DNA of 64,000 nt from Candidatus Uhrbacteria bacterium GW2011_GWC2_41_11 (GCA_000996355.1 LCAH01000003.1:4228-68227), one strand, 5' to 3'. Shown: positions 1 through 9,543, counted from the first letter of the stretch. Notes: generated by a model not told the origin, from the sequence alone. Translations and numbers: made by a program.

Positions 1-1009
1 TATAACCGTGTTGCATGTAGTCAACAGCTGTCCAATCCTGTGAAGTAGAAGGAAGACGTCCTGTGAGCTGTCCAAAAATTCCGATTGCTTCATCTGCACT
101 AATTCCATCGTCCCATGTTGAAGCAGCCGGTTCTGTTGTTTCAGTCGTGGTTTCGGTTGATTCTTCAACAACAGGAGTTGCCTCCTCTACAACAGGTACT
201 GGTTCTTCTTGTACCGCAGTTGAAGTAGATGTTTCATCCCAATTAAAGAAAACATTTGTATAGGCAAGCGCATGGATCGTACTCCAATCCATACTCACAA
301 CGGGAAGATGACCATACTTTTCACCGAACACAACCAAAGCTGTTTGTTCGTGTTCAACATTCTGAACAGTGGGTTTGCAAGTATCATATGCGATACAATG
401 AAGAGCTTCCCAATCAACACTGCTTGATGGAAGTCGACCGGCGAATGCTCCAAAATAAACCAATGCTTGTTCTTCCAACGTACCTGTTGGGGCAGGAGTC
501 GTTCCACCAGACGTTGGAGCGACCGCTGTTCCACTTAAACTCAATGAAGCACTTCCCAAACCGGCTACATTGACTTTTTCTTCTCCATTATTGATCAATT
601 TTGAGTTATCTGTGACATCAATAAGAGCTGTTCCGGAAGAAAGTGCACGAAATGTCACATTCGCCATAGTTCCGCTTGTTGTCACACGATCTCCATACTT
701 GAATGCTCCAAAATTCATGAGACCGGTTCCATTATCGATTTCATACCCGGGAGACAAAGAAGAAAACTGACTCCCGAGTTCGAATTTTACTCCTTCCAAA
801 AGGAGAGGATCGTAATCCAATTCCACACGAACCGTGTCAATGGATTCTCCATTCGGGTTTACAAGAACAGACAAGGTAACAGTTTCTCCTGTTTGCACAG
901 ATAGACTTGTGGGGGACAACGTGATCGTTCCCGCACCAGCGGCGTGCACAACGGAACTGCTGCCCACAAAGGTCACAAGACCAATGAGAAGAGCGGCGAG
1001 CTTTTTCAT
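1..1009 (-). CDS. secreted repeat protein, N-terminal ~336 aa (gene continues beyond window start)
   Basis: Uninterrupted minus-strand frame from ATG at 1009-1007 (MKKLAALLIGLVTFVGSSSVVHA signal peptide) to window edge. It is absent from the ORF track because there is no in-window stop. Contains three ~30-aa repeats of the form xFGxxxGRLPxxxxDWxAxxxxAY separated by a T/E/P-rich linker. Confidence 0.6.
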   Translation of the reverse strand, partial: MKKLAALLIGLVTFVGSSSVVHAAGAGTITLSPTSLSVQTGETVTLSVLVNPNGESIDTVRVELDYDPLLLEGVKFELGSQFSSLSPGYEIDNGTGLMNFGAFKYGDRVTTSGTMANVTFRALSSGTALIDVTDNSKLINNGEEKVNVAGLGSASLSLSGTAVAPTSGGTTPAPTGTLEEQALVYFGAFAGRLPSSSVDWEALHCIAYDTCKPTVQNVEHEQTALVVFGEKYGHLPVVSMDWSTIHALAYTNVFFNWDETSTSTAVQEEPVPVVEEATPVVEESTETTTETTEPAASTWDDGISADEAIGIFGQLTGRLPSTSQDWTAVDYMQHGY

Positions 1010-1270
1010 AAAAGGGACGCGTAAAGAAAAAAATTAAAATTAAAAATAAAATTAAAAATAAAAACAATTGTCTCGATTATATCACGATGAAGAAATCTAT
1101 GCGAAGGATTGTGGATAATTTTTTTGTCCAAGAAAAAATATTTTTCATCTTGATTTTTTTCTTCAAATAACTTCTTTAAAAAGTGCATAAAAAACAAATA
1201 ACTTTATTCTCTGTCTTCTTCTTTACATTGACACTCAAAAAAACATCTATTAGTATCAGTTCCAGAAAGA

Positions 1271-1347
1271 GGGCGGTTAGCTCAGTTGGTTAGAGCGTCA
1301 CATTGACATTGTGAAGGTCAGTGGTTCGAATCCACTACCGCCCACCA
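1271..1347 (+). tRNA. tRNA-Val (anticodon GAC), CCA encoded
   Basis: Cloverleaf read by eye: acceptor gggcggt/accgccc, anticodon stem tcaca/tgtga with loop ttGACat, T-arm ggttcgaatcc. Confidence 0.85.
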
Positions 1348-1405
1348 CAAAAAATATTGTTGTCCAAAAACCCGTGAGGGTTATTTTTGTTTTAGATAAA
1401 AAACC

Positions 1406-1436
1406 TCCGACACATTGTCAGAGGTTTTATCTTCTT
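1406..1436. terminator. bidirectional rho-independent terminator between tRNA-Val and dsbA-like gene
   Basis: Hairpin cctccgacacattgtcagagg flanked by A-run upstream and T-run downstream. Confidence 0.5.
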
Positions 1437-1450
1437 AAACAAACTTGCGT

Positions 1451-2248
1451 TTATTGAAGGGCTTCATCAATAAGAGGTTGAATAGAACTAAAAGGGAGAG
1501 CTCCTTTAATTGCTTGTGCATTTCCATCTTTATCAATTAAGAATGATCCAGGAGTTCCTCGCACACCAGCCCCGGATCCGCCTTCGAGGTCTTGTTGAAT
1601 ATGAGAGAGATATTTGTCTGATTCAAGACACGTATTGAATGTACTAACATTCAACCCAATGTCGCCTGCAAGTTTGGAATAAAATTCCGCACCAAGAGAC
1701 TTCTGATTCTCAAATAACCCTTTTGCATATTCCCAAAATTTTCCCTGCTCGCTAGCACATTCAGATGCTTCTGCCGCCGGTTGAGACTGCGGATGGAATG
1801 AAAGCGGATAATGACGATACACCCATTTTACCTTTCCTTTATATTGTTCCATCACCTGTTCCATGGTCGGATGGAAATTAACGCAATAAGGACATTGAAA
1901 ATCGGAATATTCAATAATGGTAATTGGAGCTTTTGGATCACCAAAAATATGGTCGCTTTCAGAAATAGGAGGAACCTTCCCTGCTGGTTGAACGGCAGCT
2001 ACATCTCCTGTACCGGTTTTTGCTGTATTAACTACCACCGGTTGATTTATGTCCTTATTTCCTGCAGTCGCAACTGGAAATCCTTTTGCTCCCATTGCTG
2101 ACCCACGAACAAGATACGCACCCAAAAGAAAGAATCCAACGGTTCCCATGACTAAAAACGAAGTCACACATCCCAGAATAAAAGCCTGTCTTGGATGAAG
2201 CAGATCAAAAAATGGTTTTGGTTTTTCTTGAAATAAATCCATACACAA
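1451..2248 (-). CDS. DsbA-family thiol:disulfide oxidoreductase, membrane-anchored
   Basis: 265-aa ORF with N-terminal TM helix and thioredoxin-fold active site CPYC. Start is probably the MDLF ATG at 2242. Confidence 0.75.
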   Translation of the reverse strand: MCMDLFQEKPKPFFDLLHPRQAFILGCVTSFLVMGTVGFFLLGAYLVRGSAMGAKGFPVATAGNKDINQPVVVNTAKTGTGDVAAVQPAGKVPPISESDHIFGDPKAPITIIEYSDFQCPYCVNFHPTMEQVMEQYKGKVKWVYRHYPLSFHPQSQPAAEASECASEQGKFWEYAKGLFENQKSLGAEFYSKLAGDIGLNVSTFNTCLESDKYLSHIQQDLEGGSGAGVRGTPGSFLIDKDGNAQAIKGALPFSSIQPLIDEALQ

Positions 2249-2663
2249 AAAATAAAATCACATGAAATCTTTGCACCGTCTTCCTTTAATGGTCACGAAC
2301 AATAAGAAATGGCGAGGAAAACCAATCTTTTGAGAAAAAAGAAAAAAATCGTAAATTTGGGTGAATAAATCGCCAACGAAAACGGATCGCTGGATCTAAT
2401 CGAAAAAAACGAGGAAACCTACAGAAAAAACAAAGAAAAAAACAGATTCCGAACAAAAAATCTCTCTGTAAATTCGTAAAAATAATAAACTCATGAAGAG
2501 AAAATAATGAGATAGGGAGAGAAATTTGATGAACCGCGCAATAATCTCCTCCTCTATTTTGAACAAAAAAATCGAAAAATGAACGGCTACAGGAGACGGA
2601 AGTCGTTGGAATATTCATCACCAAAATGGCAAAAATGAGAAAAAAGAAAAAAAATCGCATATT

Positions 2664-3134
2664 TTATTCTTCTTCATCTTGTGCTGAAGAATCTTCTGTA
2701 AGCTCAGTCAACCAAGTTCGATCTTTTGATCGGCAGGCGATCATACAAAGAAATCCACACCCAACTAAAACAGCCGACCAAAGGACAGTCGCAGCGAGCA
2801 CACGAAAAAAACTGCATCCAACAGTCATGAAAAAAACCTCCATCTCACGCGTAACATCTTTCTCATATAAACATTGAATAGCTGAAGACTCTGCCCATCG
2901 CAAACCAGTATAGGCTGCTCCAACACCACACACTCCAGCCAATAAAGTAAAAAAACAACTAAAACGAGCTTTTCGAAGTCGCATTAAACGCAACAATGCC
3001 ACTACAGCAAAAAAAACACCGCCAAAAACCCAATAAAAAAGAAAGAGAAAAAAACTCAAAAAAATCATCAAAAATGTTGCGTCAGAAATCATATATTCGG
3101 TATCTTGATTAGGAAGGCATCCGACCGAATACAA
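2664..3134 (-). CDS. hypothetical membrane protein with acidic C-terminal tail
   Basis: ORF with ~3 predicted TM helices ending DSSAQDEEE. Start is likely the internal MISDATF. No recognisable family. Confidence 0.3.
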   Translation of the reverse strand: MYSVGCLPNQDTEYMISDATFLMIFLSFFLFLFYWVFGGVFFAVVALLRLMRLRKARFSCFFTLLAGVCGVGAAYTGLRWAESSAIQCLYEKDVTREMEVFFMTVGCSFFRVLAATVLWSAVLVGCGFLCMIACRSKDRTWLTELTEDSSAQDEEE

Positions 3135-3310
3135 ACAAAGAAAGAGCTAAAAAAATAAGAAGGATTCCTCCAATAGTCATTCCAATGGCTCCACGAAACA
3201 TTTCTCTTGAACCGGTTTTCTTTCCCATACGCACTAAAAGAAGACCAAAAACCGTTATCAATGTACCAAGAACAAGAAAGATCATAAAATATTCAAAAAA
3301 ATATTTGATT

Positions 3311-3387
3311 TGGTGGGCCCGGATGGACTCGAACCATCGACTCCCGAGGTATAAGCTCGGTGCTCTAACCAACTGAGCTACAGGCCC
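3311..3387 (-). tRNA. tRNA-Ile (anticodon UAU), CCA encoded
   Basis: Reverse complement gives gggcctgtagctcagttggttagagcaccgagCTTATACctcgggagtcgatggttcgagtccatccgggcccacca. The anticodon loop cuUAUac reads AUA. Confidence 0.7.
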
Positions 3388-3497
3388 ATAAAAATAGAAT
3401 AAACTACGACAATATCATACTGAATGATCCCATTTTCGTGAAGAGACTCCGATTTATCCTTTGGTAGAATACTATCTTCTGCTACCATATTCATATT

Positions 3498-4427
3498 ATG
3501 CAGACATGGAATATTCCAGAAACAACGACCCGAAAACGCCTTGATCTTTTTCTTGTTGGAGTTTTAGGGCATTCACGGGCACAAATACAAAAAATCATTA
3601 AAGATGGAATGATTCATATAAATGGGGAAGAAATAAAAAAACCTCATTTTTTCCTTTCATCAGGTGATAAAATTACGTATAAAAAAGGAGTGACTGAGCC
3701 TTCTTTACCTAAAGAAACAAAAAAAATACTTACTATTGTCTATGAAGATAAAAATGTCCTTGTTGTAAATAAACCAGCCGGACTTCTTATTCATACAGCT
3801 GGAGGAAAAGAACAAACACTTGTTGATCTTGTTCTCAAACATACTCCATCCATTCGGACTGTTGGAGAAAATCCAACACGTCCAGGTATTGTACACCGCC
3901 TTGATAAACTGGCATCTGGAGTTATTATTGTTGCAAAAACACAATCAGCTTTTGATTTTTTGAAAATGCAATTTGCAAACCGTCTTGTGGAAAAAGAATA
4001 TCTCGTTCTTGTGTATGGTCAACTTCCAAAAGAGGCTGGAACGATTCGTTTTCCACTCAGTCGATCAAAAAAAACAGGACGCATGTCTGCAAATCCAGAA
4101 GGAACAACAGGAAAAGAAGCTGTGACTCATTACAGAGTTGTTTCCAGATTCAAAACAGCCACATTAGTCAGTGTTCATATTGAAACAGGACGAACGCACC
4201 AAATTCGCGCACACTTCAAAGCGATCGACCATCCAGTTGTCGGCGATCCCCTTTATAAAAAACGCACCATGCGTCACATTCGTCCTATTTCTCTGCCACG
4301 TCTTTTTCTTCATGCACACACACTCACGATCTCTTTACCTGACGAACAACGAAAAACATTCACTGCCCCCCTTCCCGATGAACTCTCTCAACTTTTAACA
4401 ACCCTCCCAACTCCTTCTCTTGTATGA
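3498..4427 (+). CDS. rluD: RluA/RluD-family rRNA pseudouridine synthase with N-terminal S4 domain
   Basis: 309 aa. Catalytic motif HRLDKLASGVIIVAKT and the RluA-family C-terminal HQIRAH segment. Confidence 0.85.
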   Translation: MQTWNIPETTTRKRLDLFLVGVLGHSRAQIQKIIKDGMIHINGEEIKKPHFFLSSGDKITYKKGVTEPSLPKETKKILTIVYEDKNVLVVNKPAGLLIHTAGGKEQTLVDLVLKHTPSIRTVGENPTRPGIVHRLDKLASGVIIVAKTQSAFDFLKMQFANRLVEKEYLVLVYGQLPKEAGTIRFPLSRSKKTGRMSANPEGTTGKEAVTHYRVVSRFKTATLVSVHIETGRTHQIRAHFKAIDHPVVGDPLYKKRTMRHIRPISLPRLFLHAHTLTISLPDEQRKTFTAPLPDELSQLLTTLPTPSLV

Positions 4428-4969
4428 TTATCACTCTTTCCGGTCTCCCAGGATCCGGAAAAACAACCATTGCCAAACTTCTTGCGGAGCGTTTTCATAT
4501 GAAGTGGTATTCCATGGGGGATATGCGTGGAAAAATGGCACAGGACCGTGGCCTCACCATTGATGAATTGAATGCATTAGGTACAAAAGAAGATTTTACA
4601 GATAAAGAAGTTGATCAATATCAAAAAAAACTCGGAGAAACAGAAGATCAGTTTGTCATCGACAGTTGGATGGGTTGGTATTTTATTCCACACTCGCTCA
4701 AAGTTTTTCTTACCGTTGATCCAGATATTGCTGCTCAACGTATTTATGAAGAACGTAGAAATGATGTTCAAAAAGATGAACCTCCCTATCAATCTCCAGA
4801 ACATGCGAAACAAATTCTTGCTCATCGTGTTCAAAACTCTCGTGAACGATATCTCAAATATTATGGAGTCGATTATCAAACTCCATCAAACTACGATCTC
4901 ATCATTGATACAACTCATCTTTCTCCAGAAGAAATTCTCTCTCACATAAAAAATCACATGATAAAATAA
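4424..4969 (+). CDS. P-loop nucleotide kinase, archaeal-type cytidylate kinase-like
   Basis: 181 aa, Walker A GLPGSGKTT. Start overlaps the rluD stop (ATGA), which implies translational coupling. Confidence 0.5.
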   Translation: MIITLSGLPGSGKTTIAKLLAERFHMKWYSMGDMRGKMAQDRGLTIDELNALGTKEDFTDKEVDQYQKKLGETEDQFVIDSWMGWYFIPHSLKVFLTVDPDIAAQRIYEERRNDVQKDEPPYQSPEHAKQILAHRVQNSRERYLKYYGVDYQTPSNYDLIIDTTHLSPEEILSHIKNHMIK

Positions 4970-4976
4970 TTGATTT

Positions 4977-5798
4977 TTATTTGTTTTCATTCATCGCGGT
5001 TTCCATACGACGACTTACACTCCACAAAAGATCAAAAATTTGAAAAATCATTTCGCGCAATGTTTTACTTTCAATCACAAGAGCAATCCCCTCTCCTTTT
5101 GTGGTAAAAAAAGCAACCGTATCATCCCAAAAAAGAAGTGAGGATTGAAACGTACATTCCCGCGGGAGAAATTTTGCTTCCCGCAACTCTCGAACATGTG
5201 TTGTTTGCGAGTATTTTTTTATTTCTTCCATTTCGACACGCAAACTCTTCAAACGAACTCCTGCTTTCATTCGTCGTCTGGTAAAGTGAAATTTTTCTCC
5301 AAGGACTTCCTGAAATTCTTTTGCGGACACCACCTCATAAACAAGTTTGCTTTTGCATTTCAATGCATCATGTAAAACATCTGAAATACGATCTCGATAA
5401 TACACACGCACTTTTGGTGGTTCAGTTGATGTTGTTTTCAATCGTTGAAGAAATGGAACAATAGCTCCAATTTCCTCAATCTGCGTTTCAAGAATACGTC
5501 GCAAAACACTTGGTTCATCTGCTTCATATACATGGCGACTTTTGTGTTTTGTGGCGCGCACTATCCCACGCTCAACCAAACGTTTCAAAATTGATTGCAC
5601 TGTTGTGAGAGGAAGACTTGTTTTTGCCGCAAGCGGAGATAAAGTGGTTTCTCCCAAAGAAAGCAATGCGAGATACACATCTTGATCTGAATCTCGCAAA
5701 CCAAAATGATTCAAAACCTCTTGTACTTCCTTCTTTTCCAAAGACGTCCAAGGAGGATCTTTTAACATACGATTTATTTCGTAATAATTATCGAACAT
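4977..5798 (-). CDS. TrmB-family transcriptional regulator
   Basis: 273 aa. N-terminal wHTH (LSLGETTLSPLAAKTSLPLTTVQSILKRLVERGIVR) followed by a TrmB C-terminal domain. It is a paralog of 59534..60349. Confidence 0.65.
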   Translation of the reverse strand: MFDNYYEINRMLKDPPWTSLEKKEVQEVLNHFGLRDSDQDVYLALLSLGETTLSPLAAKTSLPLTTVQSILKRLVERGIVRATKHKSRHVYEADEPSVLRRILETQIEEIGAIVPFLQRLKTTSTEPPKVRVYYRDRISDVLHDALKCKSKLVYEVVSAKEFQEVLGEKFHFTRRRMKAGVRLKSLRVEMEEIKKYSQTTHVRELREAKFLPRECTFQSSLLFWDDTVAFFTTKGEGIALVIESKTLREMIFQIFDLLWSVSRRMETAMNENK

Positions 5799-5930
5799 TA
5801 TTATAGCTATCTTAAAGGATTTTTTCCAATCATCTATTTTTATTACGAAAAAAGATACTCAAAATCTATTCTCCTGATTACACTGATACCTGTCAGCTGA
5901 TGAAACATGTTCTTTCATAAGGAGAAATTC

Positions 5931-6176
5931 ATGAAAGTTATCAAGGAAGGCACCTGGAATATTCCTTGGTTTAAAGAAATTACCTGTACGACGTGTGCGG
6001 CCACACTTCTTATTGATGAAAAAGATGTAAAACCAACAACCAACCAGTCAAGAAGTTATTATTGCGTTTGCCCCATCTGTCAAAAACAGACATTCGTGGA
6101 AGAAAAACTTATTTCTCAACGGGTACGGGAAGAAGTTGATCGGAAACGGACATATTATTCCTCTTCTGAATTATAA
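5931..6176 (+). CDS. small zinc-ribbon protein (CxxC...CPxC)
   Basis: ATG at 5931 preceded by AAGGAG. Motifs TCTTC and CVCPIC. It is a paralog of the next gene. Confidence 0.45.
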   Translation: MKVIKEGTWNIPWFKEITCTTCAATLLIDEKDVKPTTNQSRSYYCVCPICQKQTFVEEKLISQRVREEVDRKRTYYSSSEL

Positions 6177-6189
6177 AAGGAGATAACTC

Positions 6190-6456
6190 ATGGCAACGGT
6201 TATCGAAGGTCCCCAGGAATGGAGTACGGTTATTCGGTGTGCTCATCCTGTCTGTGGTTTTGGACTCCATCGAGTTGAAGGATGTTTTTCTCTCATCCGA
6301 ATTACACTTGCAGATATCAAACACAGTACAGACTACGAGGGAGATACTACTTTTTGGGTCGATTGTCCTTGTTGTGGACAGCGACTCTACCCAGAATGGC
6401 AGATTGGAAAAGGTCCACTCAACAACTCAATGAAAATCAATCGCAAAACGAAATAA
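6190..6456 (+). CDS. small zinc-ribbon protein (CxxxxC...CPCC), tandem paralog
   Basis: 88 aa, RBS AAAGGAG. Shares the N-terminal VI(K/E)EG..W motif and four-Cys arrangement with the upstream sORF. Confidence 0.45.
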   Translation: MATVIEGPQEWSTVIRCAHPVCGFGLHRVEGCFSLIRITLADIKHSTDYEGDTTFWVDCPCCGQRLYPEWQIGKGPLNNSMKINRKTK

Positions 6457-6469
6457 TCGTCTTAAACTC

Positions 6470-6497
6470 GGAACTGTTCCGAGTTTTTTTCTGTTCG
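6470..6497 (+). terminator. rho-independent terminator after zinc-ribbon gene pair
   Basis: Hairpin ctcggaactgttccgag followed by TTTTTTT. Confidence 0.6.
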
Positions 6498-6578
6498 GAC
6501 AAATAAAATGGGGGACTGAACGTAATAGTTCGCAGCGTTGGCAAAATACTCTTTCATACAAAAGATTTAGTCACCGGC

Positions 6579-7268
6579 TTACTTGAATCTTTTTTCGGCC
6601 GCCGCCAGATCAACTTCCGTGTATCGACCGAAGTACTTTGTGATGTTTTTCAAATCTCGATCGAGGATGTTGCGTGCATCAGGGTGTAGTCTTTTGTCGA
6701 TTGATTGCGGAAAGTCGATGATAAACGGCTTGGATTTCCACCACAGGACGTTGTACGGAGAAAGATCGGCGTGGACGATTCCGTGCTCCCAAAAAATAAG
6801 TATACTCTCGATGATCGAGTGATAGGCAGTGGCCGCTTCATTTTGGTCAAGCTCGATATCAATCAATCGAGGCGCAACTATACCCTCATCTCCCAACAAT
6901 TCCATAAAAATAGAGTCGTCGATCTGGAGAATCGGTCGAGGAATAGCAGCCCCGGCTTCGTGAAATTTTTGGAGCATAAAAAACTCCCGCTTAATCCAAT
7001 TTTTCTGTTTCAATTTCCTCCCAAACTTGTTCTTCTTCGCAACCGCTCTCCGTGCCGACGGGCTTTTGTAAAATTTGCCAGCAAGATATTCGTAGGCATT
7101 CTGGAAACTCCGTTCCTCTGGATTTTTATACACCTTCATAGCAACTATCTTGCCGTCGAGCATGGCACGAAAGACAGCAGCCTCCTTACCTGATTTGATA
7201 TGTGAAACAACCGCTACGGTATGACCGAAGGCTTTGGCCTGCTCAATAATTTGAGAGAAATCTTGCAT
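6579..7268 (-). CDS. RIO-type serine/threonine protein kinase (RIO1-like)
   Basis: 229 aa. The catalytic loop HADLSPYN matches the RIO HGDLSEYN signature, together with the lysine region VAMKVYK. Local GC is visibly higher than the genome background. Confidence 0.65.
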   Translation of the reverse strand: MQDFSQIIEQAKAFGHTVAVVSHIKSGKEAAVFRAMLDGKIVAMKVYKNPEERSFQNAYEYLAGKFYKSPSARRAVAKKNKFGRKLKQKNWIKREFFMLQKFHEAGAAIPRPILQIDDSIFMELLGDEGIVAPRLIDIELDQNEAATAYHSIIESILIFWEHGIVHADLSPYNVLWWKSKPFIIDFPQSIDKRLHPDARNILDRDLKNITKYFGRYTEVDLAAAEKRFK

Positions 7269-7281
7269 GTTCGTTTCCTTT

Positions 7282-8336
7282 TTACTTCAATATATAGTAC
7301 GTCGCGCGACCCTTTCCAATTTTCAAGATCATTTTCAGTTTCGTTAATTTCTGCAAATGAAACTGAGCCGTGCGCCTTGGACATCGCACTACATCAATAA
7401 CATCGGTCACCGTAATTCTTCCGACGGTTTCCATGAAATCAAGAATGGCGATTTGATCCTTATCGAGAAAAACTTGTGAATTGATATCCGTATCAATCTT
7501 TTTTACCGCGAGATTCATGACGGTATGTTTGACCTGATCGATTTCTTCCTTGAATCCTTTCACAAAGTATTCGAGCCAGGGAGTGAAGTCTATTCGACGT
7601 CCCTTGTAGTTTTTACCAATGTTGATTGCGGTGTAATAAGCAGACCGATCGGTGTTATAGTAGTCCTCGATCGCAGAGAGACGACGAAAATCGTATCCTC
7701 GCTGATAAAGCACTAGCGTTGCGAGCGCCCTAGCCGTTCGGCCATTGCCATCGACAAACGGATGAATGGCGGCGATTTCCTGATGAACAATCCCTGCCGC
7801 AATGACAGGGTCGATTCCTTCGGTTTCATTATTTTGCATCCAAGCGATCAGTGCATTCATGAGCCAAGCGACCTCTTTTGCCTCCGGTGCAGTGTAGACA
7901 ATTTCCCGCCGACCGTCACGATAGTTTTTCGCAATATAAACGGGTCCTGGACGATAATGACCTGATACATCTGCCCGAAGCGTCTTGTTCGTGACGTATT
8001 TGTGGATTTGAAGAATAATTCGCTTACTGATCGTCTGTTTCTTTTCGACAACGCTTTCAATGTACTTCAAAGTTTTAAGGTAATTCTCGACCTCGTAAAT
8101 ATCTCTTTCAGGTGCATCGATTTTCTTTCGATCTGCCAACGCTTCGACCTCGCGCATGTTCAGCCGATTTCCTTCAATAGCCGTCGAACTATGGGTCAAC
8201 GGATCAATGCCTGACGACGCAAACGCAATTCCTGTTTTGGCAAAAGACGTGCCCGCTCAATGACAGCCCTCCCTTCCGCGATGGTCGTCAGCATCTGGAC
8301 AATTTTATCCGTCAGATGATATTCAGGATTAAACAT
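7282..8336 (-). pseudogene. Fic/DOC family protein (class II, SxxxEGN inhibitory motif) with apparent frameshift
   Basis: The N-terminal 49 codons (MFNPEYHLTDKIVQMLTTIAEGRAVIERARLLPKQELRLRRQALIR*) run from ATG 8336 to a TGA stop. The remainder (THSSTAIEGN...HPFVDGNGRTAR...C-terminal wHTH) continues in another frame from about 8199. Together they form a canonical ~355-aa Fic protein. Confidence 0.6.
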
Positions 8337-8494
8337 AGATAATCAGAATATAAACAACAATTTCGAATCGCGCAAGAATCGCGCAAGAAATCAAAAGGAT
8401 CTTTTAGTTCCAACAAGTCGTTTATCGTACCGAAATTTTCTATAAATACGGCGTTGGATTTTGAACCGCCAGAATGCCGCTGTTCTTACAAACA

Positions 8495-8526
8495 AAAGCG
8501 GCTTCTCATGTTGAGAAGCCGCTTTT
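8495..8526. terminator. orphan perfect hairpin/terminator-like element in divergent intergenic region
   Basis: aaagcggcttctc-atgtt-gagaagccgcttt with T-runs on both sides. No convergent gene ends here. Confidence 0.4.
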
Positions 8527-8728
8527 GGTGACCCAAGACGGATTAGGATGAAACACCTGGAAATAATAATCTAAGTATTTATTTCATTAACGATTTCTCT
8601 CAAAACAAGGCCCTACAAATGAGAACCATCATAATGAATCCCTATATCGACGATATTTTTTGTATCAATAAATCTTAAAAAGATAAGTGTTTTTTCCTGA
8701 AATATTATGTTAGAGTCATATAGACTAT

Positions 8729-9352
8729 ATGAAGCTAATCACTATAATTTTACTAATTACATTTGGTTTATTTTCTTTCGGTATTACTTATGTAAATGCA
8801 GGATTTCAACCTCCATTTGAATCTATTCGTAGTACCTGTGGAAATGAATACACACCAAATATTTGGGATGTTAAATCGTTAAAATGTATTTCAGGATGCA
8901 GTGGAATTATTTTGAAACACGATAGCGCCTATGCATCTAAATCCAAAAAACCTGATTATACAACTTCTGATTGTTCGGAAATAAACGAATGTAAAGTTAT
9001 TACTGTTAAAATTTTTAATCCACTTTGTTCACAAGCTATTAAAATTCGTTTCTCAGATGATCAAGAACAACTAGATAGTGAAATTTTTTCACCAATCGAA
9101 GGTCAAAGTCAATACTCAAATATTTATACACTTGATGGATCAACTGTTGAACTTACCATTTACGATGCAAACCAAGGACACAAATTAAAACAACTAGCCT
9201 TTGGTGTATTTTTTCTTGGTGGAATTTCATTGATTATATTTTTAGTATTTGTTCATCGTGTTGTTCTAATTATTGGAATAATTGTTATTTTTATCCTCTT
9301 GATTCGATATTTTAAAAAACGTAAGCAGAACAACAAAAAAATGAAGATATAA
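8729..9352 (+). CDS. hypothetical secreted Cys-rich protein with C-terminal TM anchor
   Basis: 207 aa with signal peptide, 8 Cys, a C-terminal hydrophobic helix and a basic tail. The locus is very AT-rich (clearly below the genome background). Confidence 0.45.
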   Translation: MKLITIILLITFGLFSFGITYVNAGFQPPFESIRSTCGNEYTPNIWDVKSLKCISGCSGIILKHDSAYASKSKKPDYTTSDCSEINECKVITVKIFNPLCSQAIKIRFSDDQEQLDSEIFSPIEGQSQYSNIYTLDGSTVELTIYDANQGHKLKQLAFGVFFLGGISLIIFLVFVHRVVLIIGIIVIFILLIRYFKKRKQNNKKMKI

Positions 9353-9543
9353 AGTAACTATTCCAATTACAAAATCATCCATGTCATTTCTTCTCTTTCC
9401 TCTTAAAATATAGATGTCCAAAAAAGACTTGAATTTTATCATCAAAAAGTTCTTCTCGAACCTCACTGTGAAGGACGAAAAAGTAGCTGAGATAAGACAA
9501 AACTCCCCTTTCAGGGAGCTCTGTTTGGACGCCGATTCGGCGA

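Noticed and set aside
2286-2660. 124-aa ORF on minus strand
   Set aside because: Translation of a poly-T/poly-A tract (FFFFF...). Low complexity, with no start context.
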